DNA of 64,000 bases from Candidatus Woesebacteria bacterium UBA1430 (GCA_002329465.1 DCTW01000005.1:4131-68130); one strand, 5' to 3'. Shown: positions 37,353-44,533, counted from the stretch's first letter. Notes: generated by a model from the letters alone, not told the origin. Program-made: numbers and translations.

Positions 37353-37919
37353 TCAATCCACTTTCTTCAATAAATTTAGCGTATTGATGAAAATTTCATC
37401 ACCATAAGCTATATCCTGAAATATCTCTGGATGAAATTGAAACCCGTATATTGATTTTGTTTTATGTTTTATCACTTCATAACCTGTTTCAGATTTAGCT
37501 AAACCATGAAGTTCTTCAGATAAAGTCTCTATTGCTATTTTATGGTTTTCATACGCGGTGAAAATTTTTGTTTCTCCAAAAATACCATCAGCATTAACAA
37601 CTTCTACATTGACAAGGCCTTTTTGTTTATCTGGTAAAGTTGAGAGTTTTGCCCCGAAGGCGTAGGAGACAATCTCAGCACCGAGGCAAACTCCTAAAAC
37701 TGGTTTGTTTGTTTTTTTAACCAGTTCTATTTCTTTCTGATAATCTTCTGGGTGTTCAGTAATGTAAGTATGATGACCCCCTGACAGGACTACTAAGTTG
37801 TAGTCGTCTTCGTTGAAATCGTATTTTGAACTTATCACTTTTACTTGCCCGAACTTAGTTAATAAAGATTCTAGATGGGGGAGATACGAAGTCTTATTGT
37901 CTATAAGAAGTATGTTCAT
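37353..37919 (-). CDS. Class I glutamine amidotransferase-like protein.
   Basis: The nucleophile elbow 'GVCLGAEIV' and the motif 'YGFQFHPE' are present. Confidence 0.7.
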   Translation of the reverse strand: MNILLIDNKTSYLPHLESLLTKFGQVKVISSKYDFNEDDYNLVVLSGGHHTYITEHPEDYQKEIELVKKTNKPVLGVCLGAEIVSYAFGAKLSTLPDKQKGLVNVEVVNADGIFGETKIFTAYENHKIAIETLSEELHGLAKSETGYEVIKHKTKSIYGFQFHPEIFQDIAYGDEIFINTLNLLKKVD

Positions 37920-37954
37920 AAAATTAACTATATCAATTTAAGACTTAAAGCGAA

Positions 37955-38030
37955 ATGCGATTTAGGGAAAGTGACTTCAAAATTCAATCCTCCTCAGGGC
38001 TGAGGACAGTTTGATATAGTTTTGTGAGGC
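37955..38030. repeat. Direct repeat B1, about 70 bp and about 80% identical to B2 at 40612-40680.
   Basis: The motif '…ttcaatcctcctcagggctgaggacagtttgatatagttttgtgaggctacaaaaaatgcagg' matches the sequence abutting the tRNA-Trp 3' end. It contains the palindrome 'cctcagggctgagg'. Confidence 0.6.
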
Positions 38031-38093
38031 TACAAAAAATGCAGGGGTTAGTAAACTTAGTCAGGAACTTCTATGTTAGTATAAATTATCTAA

Positions 38094-38414
38094 ATGTTAC
38101 TAAAGATAATTATTATCATAAATTTAGTTTGGCAGTCAGTTTTTCTAATAGGAGCAGTTGAGTCAATTAGTAAACTAAGCAAACTAGTGACTGGACACAC
38201 ATTCACTTTTGGTTATCTTTGGCTCACCTTGCTTTGGGGTTTTGGAGTGTCTGCAAACTTGCTTCTCTTAATTTATTTGCTGAAAACTAAGAAAAATATT
38301 GAGATAAAAAAACAAGTTATTATTGGTTTACTATTGGTAATGATACCAATCACTATTTCTTACATTATTGGGGGCTACTATCAACTAAACCTCATCAATA
38401 TTGTTTCGCAATAG
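38094..38414 (+). CDS. Small hypothetical membrane protein.
   Basis: A 106-aa ORF with three hydrophobic helices. Confidence 0.35.
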   Translation: MLLKIIIIINLVWQSVFLIGAVESISKLSKLVTGHTFTFGYLWLTLLWGFGVSANLLLLIYLLKTKKNIEIKKQVIIGLLLVMIPITISYIIGGYYQLNLINIVSQ

Positions 38415-38424
38415 CCTAGGCTCT

Positions 38425-38545
38425 AATCGAGGTTAAAGTGCAGGCTTTGGTTGCCAGACTTCGAACAATTTGGTGTGAATTAAACACTTTTGAGATTGGG
38501 AAAATAGGCCAGTTTGTCAATCCAGAACCAGCTTTTAGTTTTAGT
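38425..38545. repeat. Direct repeat A1, about 115 bp and about 88% identical to A2 at 39785-39905.
   Basis: 'ggctttggttgccagacttcgaacaatttggtgtgaatt…aaaataggccagtttgtcaatccagaaccagctttt' is repeated upstream of both the 38570 and 39918 genes. Confidence 0.65.
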
Positions 38546-38569
38546 TGATTTCAAGTAAAATATCAGCAG

Positions 38570-39184
38570 ATGGATATGACAAAACTGATTTTGGTTAGAC
38601 ATGGTGAAACAGAAGTTAATGTTAAGGGTAAAATTCACAAATACGGGGACTCTGAACAGTTAACAAAAAAAGGGATTTCGCAGATTGGTAAAACCTCGCA
38701 GGCACTAAAGAAATATCAACCATCCGTTGTATATTGTTCTAAAGAAGAGCGTGCCAAACAGTCAGCAAAAATAATTTCGGATAAGTTGGGCATCCCCTTA
38801 GTTGAAGTAGAAGGACTTGAAGAAAGGAACTGGGGAGACTTTGCTGGTTTATCTTTTCAGGAAATAAAAGAAAAGGCTGGTATGGATAAAATGAGCTTTG
38901 AGGAAAGATACACTTTTCATCCTCCTAATGGAGAGTCGTGGCAGGAAACAGAAGATAGATTGTTAAAAACACTAAATGAAATCCTTTCTAAAAATCAAGG
39001 TAAAAATATAGTGTTAGTTACTCATGGCGGGTCTATTAGAATTTACATGCCCACTCTTTTAGGGGTTAATAAGGAAGAAAGTTACAAATACGACCCTGAC
39101 AATGCCTCAATTTCTGTATTTAGTTATCAAGATGACAAATTTTTCAAAATTATTTACAACGACACATCTCACTTAAATGATTAA
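38570..39184 (+). CDS. Histidine phosphatase (phosphoglycerate-mutase superfamily).
   Basis: The catalytic His motif is 'LILVRHGETEVN'. The C-terminal motif is 'LVTHGGSIR'. Confidence 0.75.
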   Translation: MDMTKLILVRHGETEVNVKGKIHKYGDSEQLTKKGISQIGKTSQALKKYQPSVVYCSKEERAKQSAKIISDKLGIPLVEVEGLEERNWGDFAGLSFQEIKEKAGMDKMSFEERYTFHPPNGESWQETEDRLLKTLNEILSKNQGKNIVLVTHGGSIRIYMPTLLGVNKEESYKYDPDNASISVFSYQDDKFFKIIYNDTSHLND

Positions 39185-39641
39185 GGCTCTATTATTTGAC
39201 TTTTCAAGAACAATTTTATTTCCCAAAGATAGGAGTTATCAGGGTGGATTAAACTCCTTACATAAAGAGATGTCATTGCGAGAAGGATATAACTTTCTTG
39301 ACCATTTTGAATTGGACGAACACTTGCTAGGTTATCTCAAAAGTGTAAAAAGTAAATACAAACTGTATATTTTTACTTCTGGTTCAGTTCAAAATGCTCC
39401 TGAAATTAAACCGCGACTTGATGAAATTTTTGACAAGATTTTTTCAGCTGAAGAAATTGGTTTAGCCAAGAACGACCCAAAAGCCTACGAGTATATTGCA
39501 GAAGCCATAGGATTAACTCCTGATGAAGTTCTCTTTACTGATGACACTGAAGAAAACATTAAGGCCGCTAAGTCTATTGGAATGAACACTACGCTTTACA
39601 AAGAGCTTGAGGAATTAAGACGGAAGATTAGTGAGGTATAG
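39177..39641 (+). CDS. HAD-superfamily hydrolase.
   Basis: Motif I is 'ALLFDFSRT'. The C-terminal motif is 'LFTDDTEENIKAAKSIGM'. Confidence 0.65.
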   Translation: MIKALLFDFSRTILFPKDRSYQGGLNSLHKEMSLREGYNFLDHFELDEHLLGYLKSVKSKYKLYIFTSGSVQNAPEIKPRLDEIFDKIFSAEEIGLAKNDPKAYEYIAEAIGLTPDEVLFTDDTEENIKAAKSIGMNTTLYKELEELRRKISEV

Positions 39642-39784
39642 AATAGAGAATAACACTGACATGGTGAAACTAAGACTAATTTCGCTGGTAAATTACACAA
39701 AGGTGATGATCCAAAAGAATTGACTGAATTAGGCAAAAAGCAAACAAGAATAATGGCAATGACTATTAAAAATTAACAAACCCG

Positions 39785-39905
39785 ATCTAGCCCAGAGTAG
39801 GCTTTGGTTGCCAGACTTCGAACAATTTAGTGTGAATTGAATAGCTTTGAGATTGAGAAAATAGGCCAATTCGTTAATCCAGAACCTGCTTTTAAGTTTG
39901 TTTAG
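39785..39905. repeat. Direct repeat A2, the partner of A1.
   Basis: See A1. Confidence 0.65.
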
Positions 39906-39917
39906 TTTTTGATATAG

Positions 39918-40607
39918 TTGTGGCTGATGAAGAAGTTGGCATTGTTTGATTTCGATAATGTTATATACAGGGGTCATTCTGTTTTTGATATTATTCAACT
40001 CATGGAAAAAGATGGTTTCATTCAACCAGTTATGTGGAAAGTGGTTGAAGAACAGTTGCATAAGTATAAAAGTAATGAGATTTCATATAAAGATGCTGCT
40101 GATAAAATGCTATTTTCTTGGGCAAAAGCCTTGGAATTTAGAAGTTATCAGTCAGCTTTAGATTATGTTCAAAATTACTTTACAAATAATCCGGACAAGT
40201 TTTTTGGCTGGTTTGAAACTATTAACCAGGTACTTAGCAAGAGTTATAATATTTTTATTATTAGTACTAACTATCAGTTTATTGCAGAAGCAGTCGTTAG
40301 CAGATTTGGATTGCGTGGTTATGTTTCATCTGTGGCGGGAGTAGAAAACGGTTTATTCACTGGTCAATTACAAAAATCGTTAGCTGGAAATAAAGGAGAG
40401 GTTGCATCAATTCTTAAATCCTATCCCAGAGATGATTCTGTTGCAGTTGGAGATTCAGAAAATGATATTGATGTGTTAGAGCGTGTTGATTATCCGATAT
40501 GTTTCCAACCTGATGAAAAACTCAAAATGGTTGCACAGCAAGAAGGCTGGAAATTGGCTGACGAAAATAGTATCCTACAGGTTTTTGATGAGATTTTAAA
40601 AGACTGA
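39918..40607 (+). CDS. HAD-superfamily phosphatase (phosphoserine-phosphatase-like).
   Basis: Motif I is 'LALFDFDNVIY'. Motif IV is 'VAVGDSENDIDVL'. Confidence 0.7.
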   Translation: MWLMKKLALFDFDNVIYRGHSVFDIIQLMEKDGFIQPVMWKVVEEQLHKYKSNEISYKDAADKMLFSWAKALEFRSYQSALDYVQNYFTNNPDKFFGWFETINQVLSKSYNIFIISTNYQFIAEAVVSRFGLRGYVSSVAGVENGLFTGQLQKSLAGNKGEVASILKSYPRDDSVAVGDSENDIDVLERVDYPICFQPDEKLKMVAQQEGWKLADENSILQVFDEILKD

Positions 40608-40611
40608 CTTA

Positions 40612-40680
40612 GCTTTAAAGTTCAATTCTCTTCAGGGTTAGGAATAGTTTGATGTAGTTATGTGAAGCAAAAGAAAATGC
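40612..40680. repeat. Direct repeat B2, immediately 3' of tRNA-Trp.
   Basis: See B1. The repeat ends at the tRNA discriminator base. Confidence 0.6.
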
Positions 40681-40750
40681 AGGCCTGGAGGGAATCGAAC
40701 CCCCGTCACGGGTTTTGGAGACCCGGGTCCTACCACTGAACGACAGGCCT
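40680..40750 (-). tRNA. tRNA-Trp (anticodon CCA).
   Basis: The reverse complement folds as a cloverleaf: acceptor AGGCCTG/CAGGCCT, anticodon stem CGGGT/ACCCG with loop CTCCAAA, and a T-arm GGTTCGATTCC. Confidence 0.85.
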
Positions 40751-40858
40751 AAGCACACATATTTTATCCCGAATCTCTCAGTCAGTCTAGTTTTCACCGC
40801 ATCCCCTCATCAAGTAGGCTTTTAAGATTATTAATACCGGAAGAACCATAAAGACATT

Positions 40859-41004
40859 GAAAAAAAGTAGGGGTAACTGCAAGTACTGGAGTGGTGCCTT
40901 CTTCCTTGAAATATAGTGCGAAGCCGGTTAAAGGTGAGCTACTTTGTCTTGCGAACGAGCCATTCGTGCGTAAAGGCTTGTCTTGGCAGGAGGGTGCTTA
41001 CCCC
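40859..41004 (-). ncRNA. Candidate structured small RNA (family unknown; 6S- or SRP-like architecture) with an enclosing helix and a 3' U-tract.
   Basis: On the minus strand, 5' 'GGGGUAA' pairs with 3' 'UUACCCC', followed by U7. Internally there is an extended imperfect helix (purine-rich 'CUUGGCAGGAGGGUG' against pyrimidine-rich 'GCCUUCUUCCUUG') and a local ACGA/UCGU hairpin. No ORF is present. Confidence 0.25.
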
Positions 41005-41025
41005 AAAAATTATTATAGCAATTAA

Positions 41026-41325
41026 ATGCAGCTTGCAAGAAGTAAAAAATTTTTTCTAATTTTAATTAAAAGGAGGTGTGTGATATTGAGCATAGAAAAT
41101 TTAGGAGAAAGAATAAATAGTCAAGCGCAATTAACCGTCAACGGAATAGAGCTTGACCCCGGCCAAAGATTTAATGCCGTAATTTTGGGAGTCGAGATAG
41201 CAGATTTAAATGTGCCACCGGCTGAAGTGGACAAAGAAGAACTTAGCGAAAGATTAACAACGATCGCAAGGCAAACGGGCGATCCCTTAACGGCGATTCT
41301 TGCCGCACAAATAGTAGAGGACTAA
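41026..41325 (+). CDS. Hypothetical small protein. The true start is probably the internal TTG or GTG after the strong SD 'AAAGGAGG', giving about 80 aa.
   Basis: The ORF translates as '…SIENLGERINSQAQLTVNGIELDPGQRF…'. An AGGAGG sits 9 nt before the internal TTG. Confidence 0.4.
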   Translation: MQLARSKKFFLILIKRRCVILSIENLGERINSQAQLTVNGIELDPGQRFNAVILGVEIADLNVPPAEVDKEELSERLTTIARQTGDPLTAILAAQIVED

Positions 41326-41816
41326 TAGGAGCCTTTGTTAAGAAGCCAATTGATAATATCGTCCTCCGGCGCATCAGAAAGGTCATCCTGGACTTCCGGA
41401 TTAGGACTATTTTCCCCGAACCGATTAAGGATTGAGTTATATTGCTCAACTGTTATCTCGCCATTATGAAGTGCAGCTGTTGCAGACATGGCAATTCTTT
41501 GAAATGCGGCGTTTCTTATTTTGGGATCGGGGCTCGTGGCTAGTTTATAGATATCCGAAGAGCAGTGATACGCTCCGCAAATAAAAGGCCTCCCACTCGC
41601 GTTTTCCAATACAAACCTACATCCCTGTCCATACAATTGATACTCACACGGCTCTCCTGCATTCTTTTTAAAATCAGAGTTTGCATCTCTTACCTCTAGA
41701 GCATAGCAGCAGCCGGTGCATAAACTACCATTTCCGGTTTCACAGATTGGCTCACCGCCCACTCCCACCATTCCGTGGATATTGGCATTCGGGTGATTGG
41801 GGTTGTATTCCACCAT
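41322..41816 (-). CDS. Cys-rich hypothetical protein translationally coupled to rpmG.
   Basis: A 164-aa ORF containing 'CETGNGSLCTGCCYALE', 'CEYQLYGQGCRF' and 'ICGAYHCSS'. Its start lies 2 nt after the L33 stop codon. Confidence 0.45.
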   Translation of the reverse strand: MVEYNPNHPNANIHGMVGVGGEPICETGNGSLCTGCCYALEVRDANSDFKKNAGEPCEYQLYGQGCRFVLENASGRPFICGAYHCSSDIYKLATSPDPKIRNAAFQRIAMSATAALHNGEITVEQYNSILNRFGENSPNPEVQDDLSDAPEDDIINWLLNKGSY

Positions 41817-41818
41817 TT

Positions 41819-41992
41819 TTATTTAAGCTTCGAAGATTCCTTGTGCTCAGTTATCTTTTTACAGAATTTGCAGTACTTTTTAAGCACAAGCTTCCCCTCC
41901 ATATTCACCTTATTTCGGGTGGTGATATAGTTTTGTCTCTTGCACTCGCTACAAACAAGCGCAACTATTTTATCTGTCCTCTTCTGAGCCAT
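41819..41992 (-). CDS. rpmG: Ribosomal protein L33 (zinc-ribbon type). It is 57 aa and so below the ORF-track length cutoff.
   Basis: The minus-strand translation is 'MAQKRTDKIVALVCSECKRQNYITTRNKVNMEGKLVLKKYCKFCKKITEHKESSKLK', carrying CxxC…CxxC. Confidence 0.8.
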   Translation of the reverse strand: MAQKRTDKIVALVCSECKRQNYITTRNKVNMEGKLVLKKYCKFCKKITEHKESSKLK

Positions 41993-42020
41993 GAATTAAC
42001 TGATAACTGATAACTTAATA

Positions 42021-42239
42021 CTATTTGTTGATTTTTCTTCTAAAACCATATAACTTTTTAAGTAACATCTCGCACTTGAGCGTGTACGCTTTATGCTTCG
42101 TCGATGAAATATACCTTAAATCATAACAAATATCCAGTACCGCTACAATTTCACCCAGTGATCCAATAGATATCATGAGATATCTAGAAAACTCCTTATC
42201 GGATTTCTTTATCAATCCCTCGGCAAGATTTAAAATCAC
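42021..42239 (-). pseudogene. Truncated four-helix-bundle protein of the 23S rRNA intervening-sequence family. Only the C-terminal half is present.
   Basis: 'NLAEGLIKKSDKEFSRYLMISIGSLGEIVAVLDICYDLRYIS…LLKKLYGF' matches the second half of the roughly 115-aa family. Upstream in frame there is a stop codon and no N-terminal half. Confidence 0.45.
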
Positions 42240-42283
42240 CGAAGTGCTCGCCCTTATATATAGGAAACTCCTGAAACCTCAAC

Positions 42284-42341
42284 ATCAGCAATCAGTTATT
42301 AGTAATAAGTAATAAGTCATCAGTCATTAGTCATCAGTCAT
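42284..42341. repeat. Tandem heptamer repeat, about 8 copies of AT(C/T/A)AGT(A/C/T) on the plus strand.
   Basis: The repeat reads 'atcagca atcagtt attagta ataagta ataagtc atcagtc attagtc atcagtc' and lies between tRNA-Thr and the truncated four-helix-bundle gene. Confidence 0.7.
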
Positions 42342-42344
42342 TTG

Positions 42345-42416
42345 AGCCTGAGGCGGGATTTGAACCCGCGACCCCTTTCTTACCAAGAAAGTGCTCTACC
42401 CCTGAGCTACCCAGGC
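42345..42416 (-). tRNA. tRNA-Thr (anticodon GGU).
   Basis: The reverse complement is 'GCCTGGGTAGCTCAGGGGTAGAGCACTTTCTTGGTAAGAAAGGGGTCGCGGGTTCAAATCCCGCCTCAGGCT'. The anticodon loop is TTGGTAA. Confidence 0.85.
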
Positions 42417-42468
42417 GATATAACACAAATTATACCTGCTCTTTCAAAATATAGTTTATACTAAGAAA

Positions 42469-43401
42469 ATGAAAATAGCAGCTTCAATTTTAGCATTTTT
42501 TATTTTTGTATTGGCAATTTCATCCTTGTTTCTTAATAAAAATATACCTAAGAGAACCCCTTCGCCCGAGTCCAAATCTCAGCAGGAATCAAAAGCTACA
42601 ATTCTTCTCGGAGGTGACGTAATGCTCGCTAGATCCGTAATGACAAAAAGTATTAAGGCAGGAGACTATGCTTATCCGTTTAGTAAAATCGCGGATTTTA
42701 CAAAAGACGCTGACATTTTTTTTGTTAATCTTGAAAACCCCATTGTATCCGGCTGTCCAAAAACAGATAGTGGATTTAAATTCTGCGCGGATCCAAAAAT
42801 GATCGAAGGTCTGTTATTCGCTGGAGTTGACGTTGTAACTCTTGCCAACAATCACGCGGGTAATTACGGGCAAGAAGGGATAGAAGAAACAAAAAAATTT
42901 TTGGACCAATCAGGCATAAAATTTGTCGGCTTTGATAATCTTGAAACAATAAAAGTAGGGGATATAAAAATAGGCCTTCTCGGATTAGATTTTTTAACAA
43001 ACACTCCTAAAGATTCGGATTTCAAGCTGATTTCAGAATCAAAAAAAGAAGTTGACTTTCTTGTTGTCGGTATCCACTGGGGAGTGGAGTATAGGTATGA
43101 GCCTGAAAGTTATCAAAAAGAGTTGGCTAAAAAAATAATCGAGAGCGGGGCGGACGCAATTGCTGGCCATCACCCGCACTGGGTACAAAAGATAGAGTAT
43201 ATAGAGGGAAAACCAATTTACTACTCGCTTGGTAATTTGGTTTTTGATCAAATGTGGAGCGAAGAAACAAAAAAAGGATTGTTAGTAAAACTTACAGTAA
43301 ACAAAAACGGTAAAATTGTAAACGAAGAATTCATAAAAACCTACATGAGCGCCTTCGCTCAACCGGAACTTGTGCCAAGGCCAGGATTCGAACCTGGGTA
43401 G
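42469..43401 (+). CDS. CapA/PgsA-family metallophosphatase-like protein (poly-gamma-glutamate capsule synthesis family).
   Basis: An N-terminal transmembrane segment and the motifs 'GGDVMLARS', 'LANNHAGNYG' and 'GHHPHWVQ' are present. The last ~29 nt of the ORF (about 10 codons) read through tRNA-Tyr, so the true stop or C-terminus is uncertain. Confidence 0.7.
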   Translation: MKIAASILAFFIFVLAISSLFLNKNIPKRTPSPESKSQQESKATILLGGDVMLARSVMTKSIKAGDYAYPFSKIADFTKDADIFFVNLENPIVSGCPKTDSGFKFCADPKMIEGLLFAGVDVVTLANNHAGNYGQEGIEETKKFLDQSGIKFVGFDNLETIKVGDIKIGLLGLDFLTNTPKDSDFKLISESKKEVDFLVVGIHWGVEYRYEPESYQKELAKKIIESGADAIAGHHPHWVQKIEYIEGKPIYYSLGNLVFDQMWSEETKKGLLVKLTVNKNGKIVNEEFIKTYMSAFAQPELVPRPGFEPG

Positions 43402-43457
43402 GCCTTTCGGCCGGCAGTTTTACAGACTGCTACGTTTGTCCACTCCGTCACCTTGGC
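43373..43457 (-). tRNA. tRNA-Tyr (anticodon GUA) with a long variable arm.
   Basis: The reverse complement is 'GCCAAGGTGACGGAGTGGACAAACGTAGCAGTCTGTAAAACTGCCGGCCGAAAGGCCTACCCAGGTTCGAATCCTGGCCTTGGCA'. Confidence 0.85.
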
Positions 43458-43477
43458 AAATCTTTATTTTTAACTTG

Positions 43478-43550
43478 AGCCTAGGGTGGGATTCGAACCC
43501 ACGACCCCATGTTTACAAAACATGTGCTCTAACCACTGAGCTACCCAGGC
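43478..43550 (-). tRNA. tRNA-Thr (anticodon UGU).
   Basis: The reverse complement is 'GCCTGGGTAGCTCAGTGGTTAGAGCACATGTTTTGTAAACATGGGGTCGTGGGTTCGAATCCCACCCTAGGCT'. Confidence 0.85.
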
Positions 43551-43627
43551 ACCTCAAAGCAATTTATGTGAATATTATATCAGCAAAGAAGATAATTTTT
43601 AATTTTGATTTTTAAACTTAACGGTAT

Positions 43628-43812
43628 GACCCCGCCGCGGGAACTAGGCGATTTCCTGGTACTAGACCAGGTGGGCTAGACTGGTCCGTCTCCCTCGGGA
43701 AATCGGACACCCGTCTGCTTCGAATTTCTTCGAAGCGCTCCGCCCTGAGCGGGGCTCCCGGAGTAATTTTTAGTCAGGAAATGTGCCTAGCTATCCTCCC
43801 TTTAGCAGGGTC
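43628..43812. ncRNA. Candidate structured non-coding RNA of about 185 nt, GC-rich. Family and strand unresolved; it lies between the M50 protease gene and the tRNA cluster.
   Basis: There is no ORF. Long-range pairs include 'gaccc…gggtc' at the termini and 'ctaggcgatttcctg' against 'caggaaatgtgcctag'. Local hairpins include 'gcttcgaa-tttc-ttcgaagc', 'gaccagg…ctggtc' and 'gccc-tgagc-gggc'. On the minus strand one hairpin has a GAAA tetraloop followed by 'GCAGAC'. Confidence 0.3.
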
Positions 43813-43834
43813 ATTATTATTATAACACGAAAAA

Positions 43835-44473
43835 TCAAAATGCCATTACACCGGGCAAGTATATAGAAAGAAGAAAATTAATTATTGGAGATAGTATCGT
43901 AAAAACAGGAGACACTCCGCTCCAAATGGGAAAAATGAGCAAAATTAGTATAAAAATTCCATACTGTTTTAAAAAAATATCTACCGTATGCGCGTCCTTT
44001 TCTGGCAAAAATCCGACAAGTATTTTCCCGCCGTCAAGGGGGTGAATGGGCAGTAGATTAAAAACGGCAAGGATAATATTCAAAAAAATAAAAGGTGTAA
44101 GTATTGTAGCAACTAGCGAAAAAGGCGTAACAACAAAATGAATTATTATAGATAAAATTGCGGCAAAAAAAAGATTGCTAAATGGCCCTGCCAGAGAAAT
44201 AATAGCCGCATCGCGCCTGGGGTTGGCCAAATTATACGGATCAAATTGCACAGGCTTTCCCCATCCGAAACGCACAATAAGAAGCATTAATGTCCCTAGC
44301 GGATCAAGGTGCGCCAGCGGATTTAATGTAAGCCTGCCCTGGATCTTCGGAGTAGGGTCTCCAAGCTTAACGGCAGTCCAAGCATGGGCAAACTCATGAA
44401 CCGTAATAGCCGAAACAAGGGCGGCTATCCATATTAAAAACGAGGCTGGATTGGATAAAAGTGTATCAAACAT
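43835..44473 (-). CDS. M50-family (site-2 protease-like) membrane zinc metalloprotease.
   Basis: The HExxH motif is 'HEFAHAWTA'. There are several transmembrane helices and the motif 'PLDGGKILVG'. Confidence 0.7.
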   Translation of the reverse strand: MFDTLLSNPASFLIWIAALVSAITVHEFAHAWTAVKLGDPTPKIQGRLTLNPLAHLDPLGTLMLLIVRFGWGKPVQFDPYNLANPRRDAAIISLAGPFSNLFFAAILSIIIHFVVTPFSLVATILTPFIFLNIILAVFNLLPIHPLDGGKILVGFLPEKDAHTVDIFLKQYGIFILILLIFPIWSGVSPVFTILSPIINFLLSIYLPGVMAF

Positions 44474-44533
44474 TTGTGAATCTTTAACTTTACTATTATA
44501 ATATGAACTTGTCTATTATCTAAAGGAGTTTAT

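Noticed and set aside
37930-40750. Possibility that the repeat-bracketed islet is an integron cassette array.
   Set aside because: The repeats are direct and of two unrelated kinds (A and B). They are not imperfect palindromic attC-like sites with GTTRRRY cores, and there is no intI or attI nearby.
41681-42010. 109-aa plus-strand ORF.
   Set aside because: It overlaps, antisense, the well-supported L33 gene and the start of the Cys-rich gene. It has no SD and its translation is Leu/Phe/Arg-rich.
43628-43812. Assignment of the GC-rich structured segment to RNase P RNA or tmRNA.
   Set aside because: It is too short for RNase P RNA and lacks the P4 'AGGAAAGUCCGGGCUCC' consensus. It also lacks the tmRNA tRNA-like ends. 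It remains an unassigned structured-RNA candidate.
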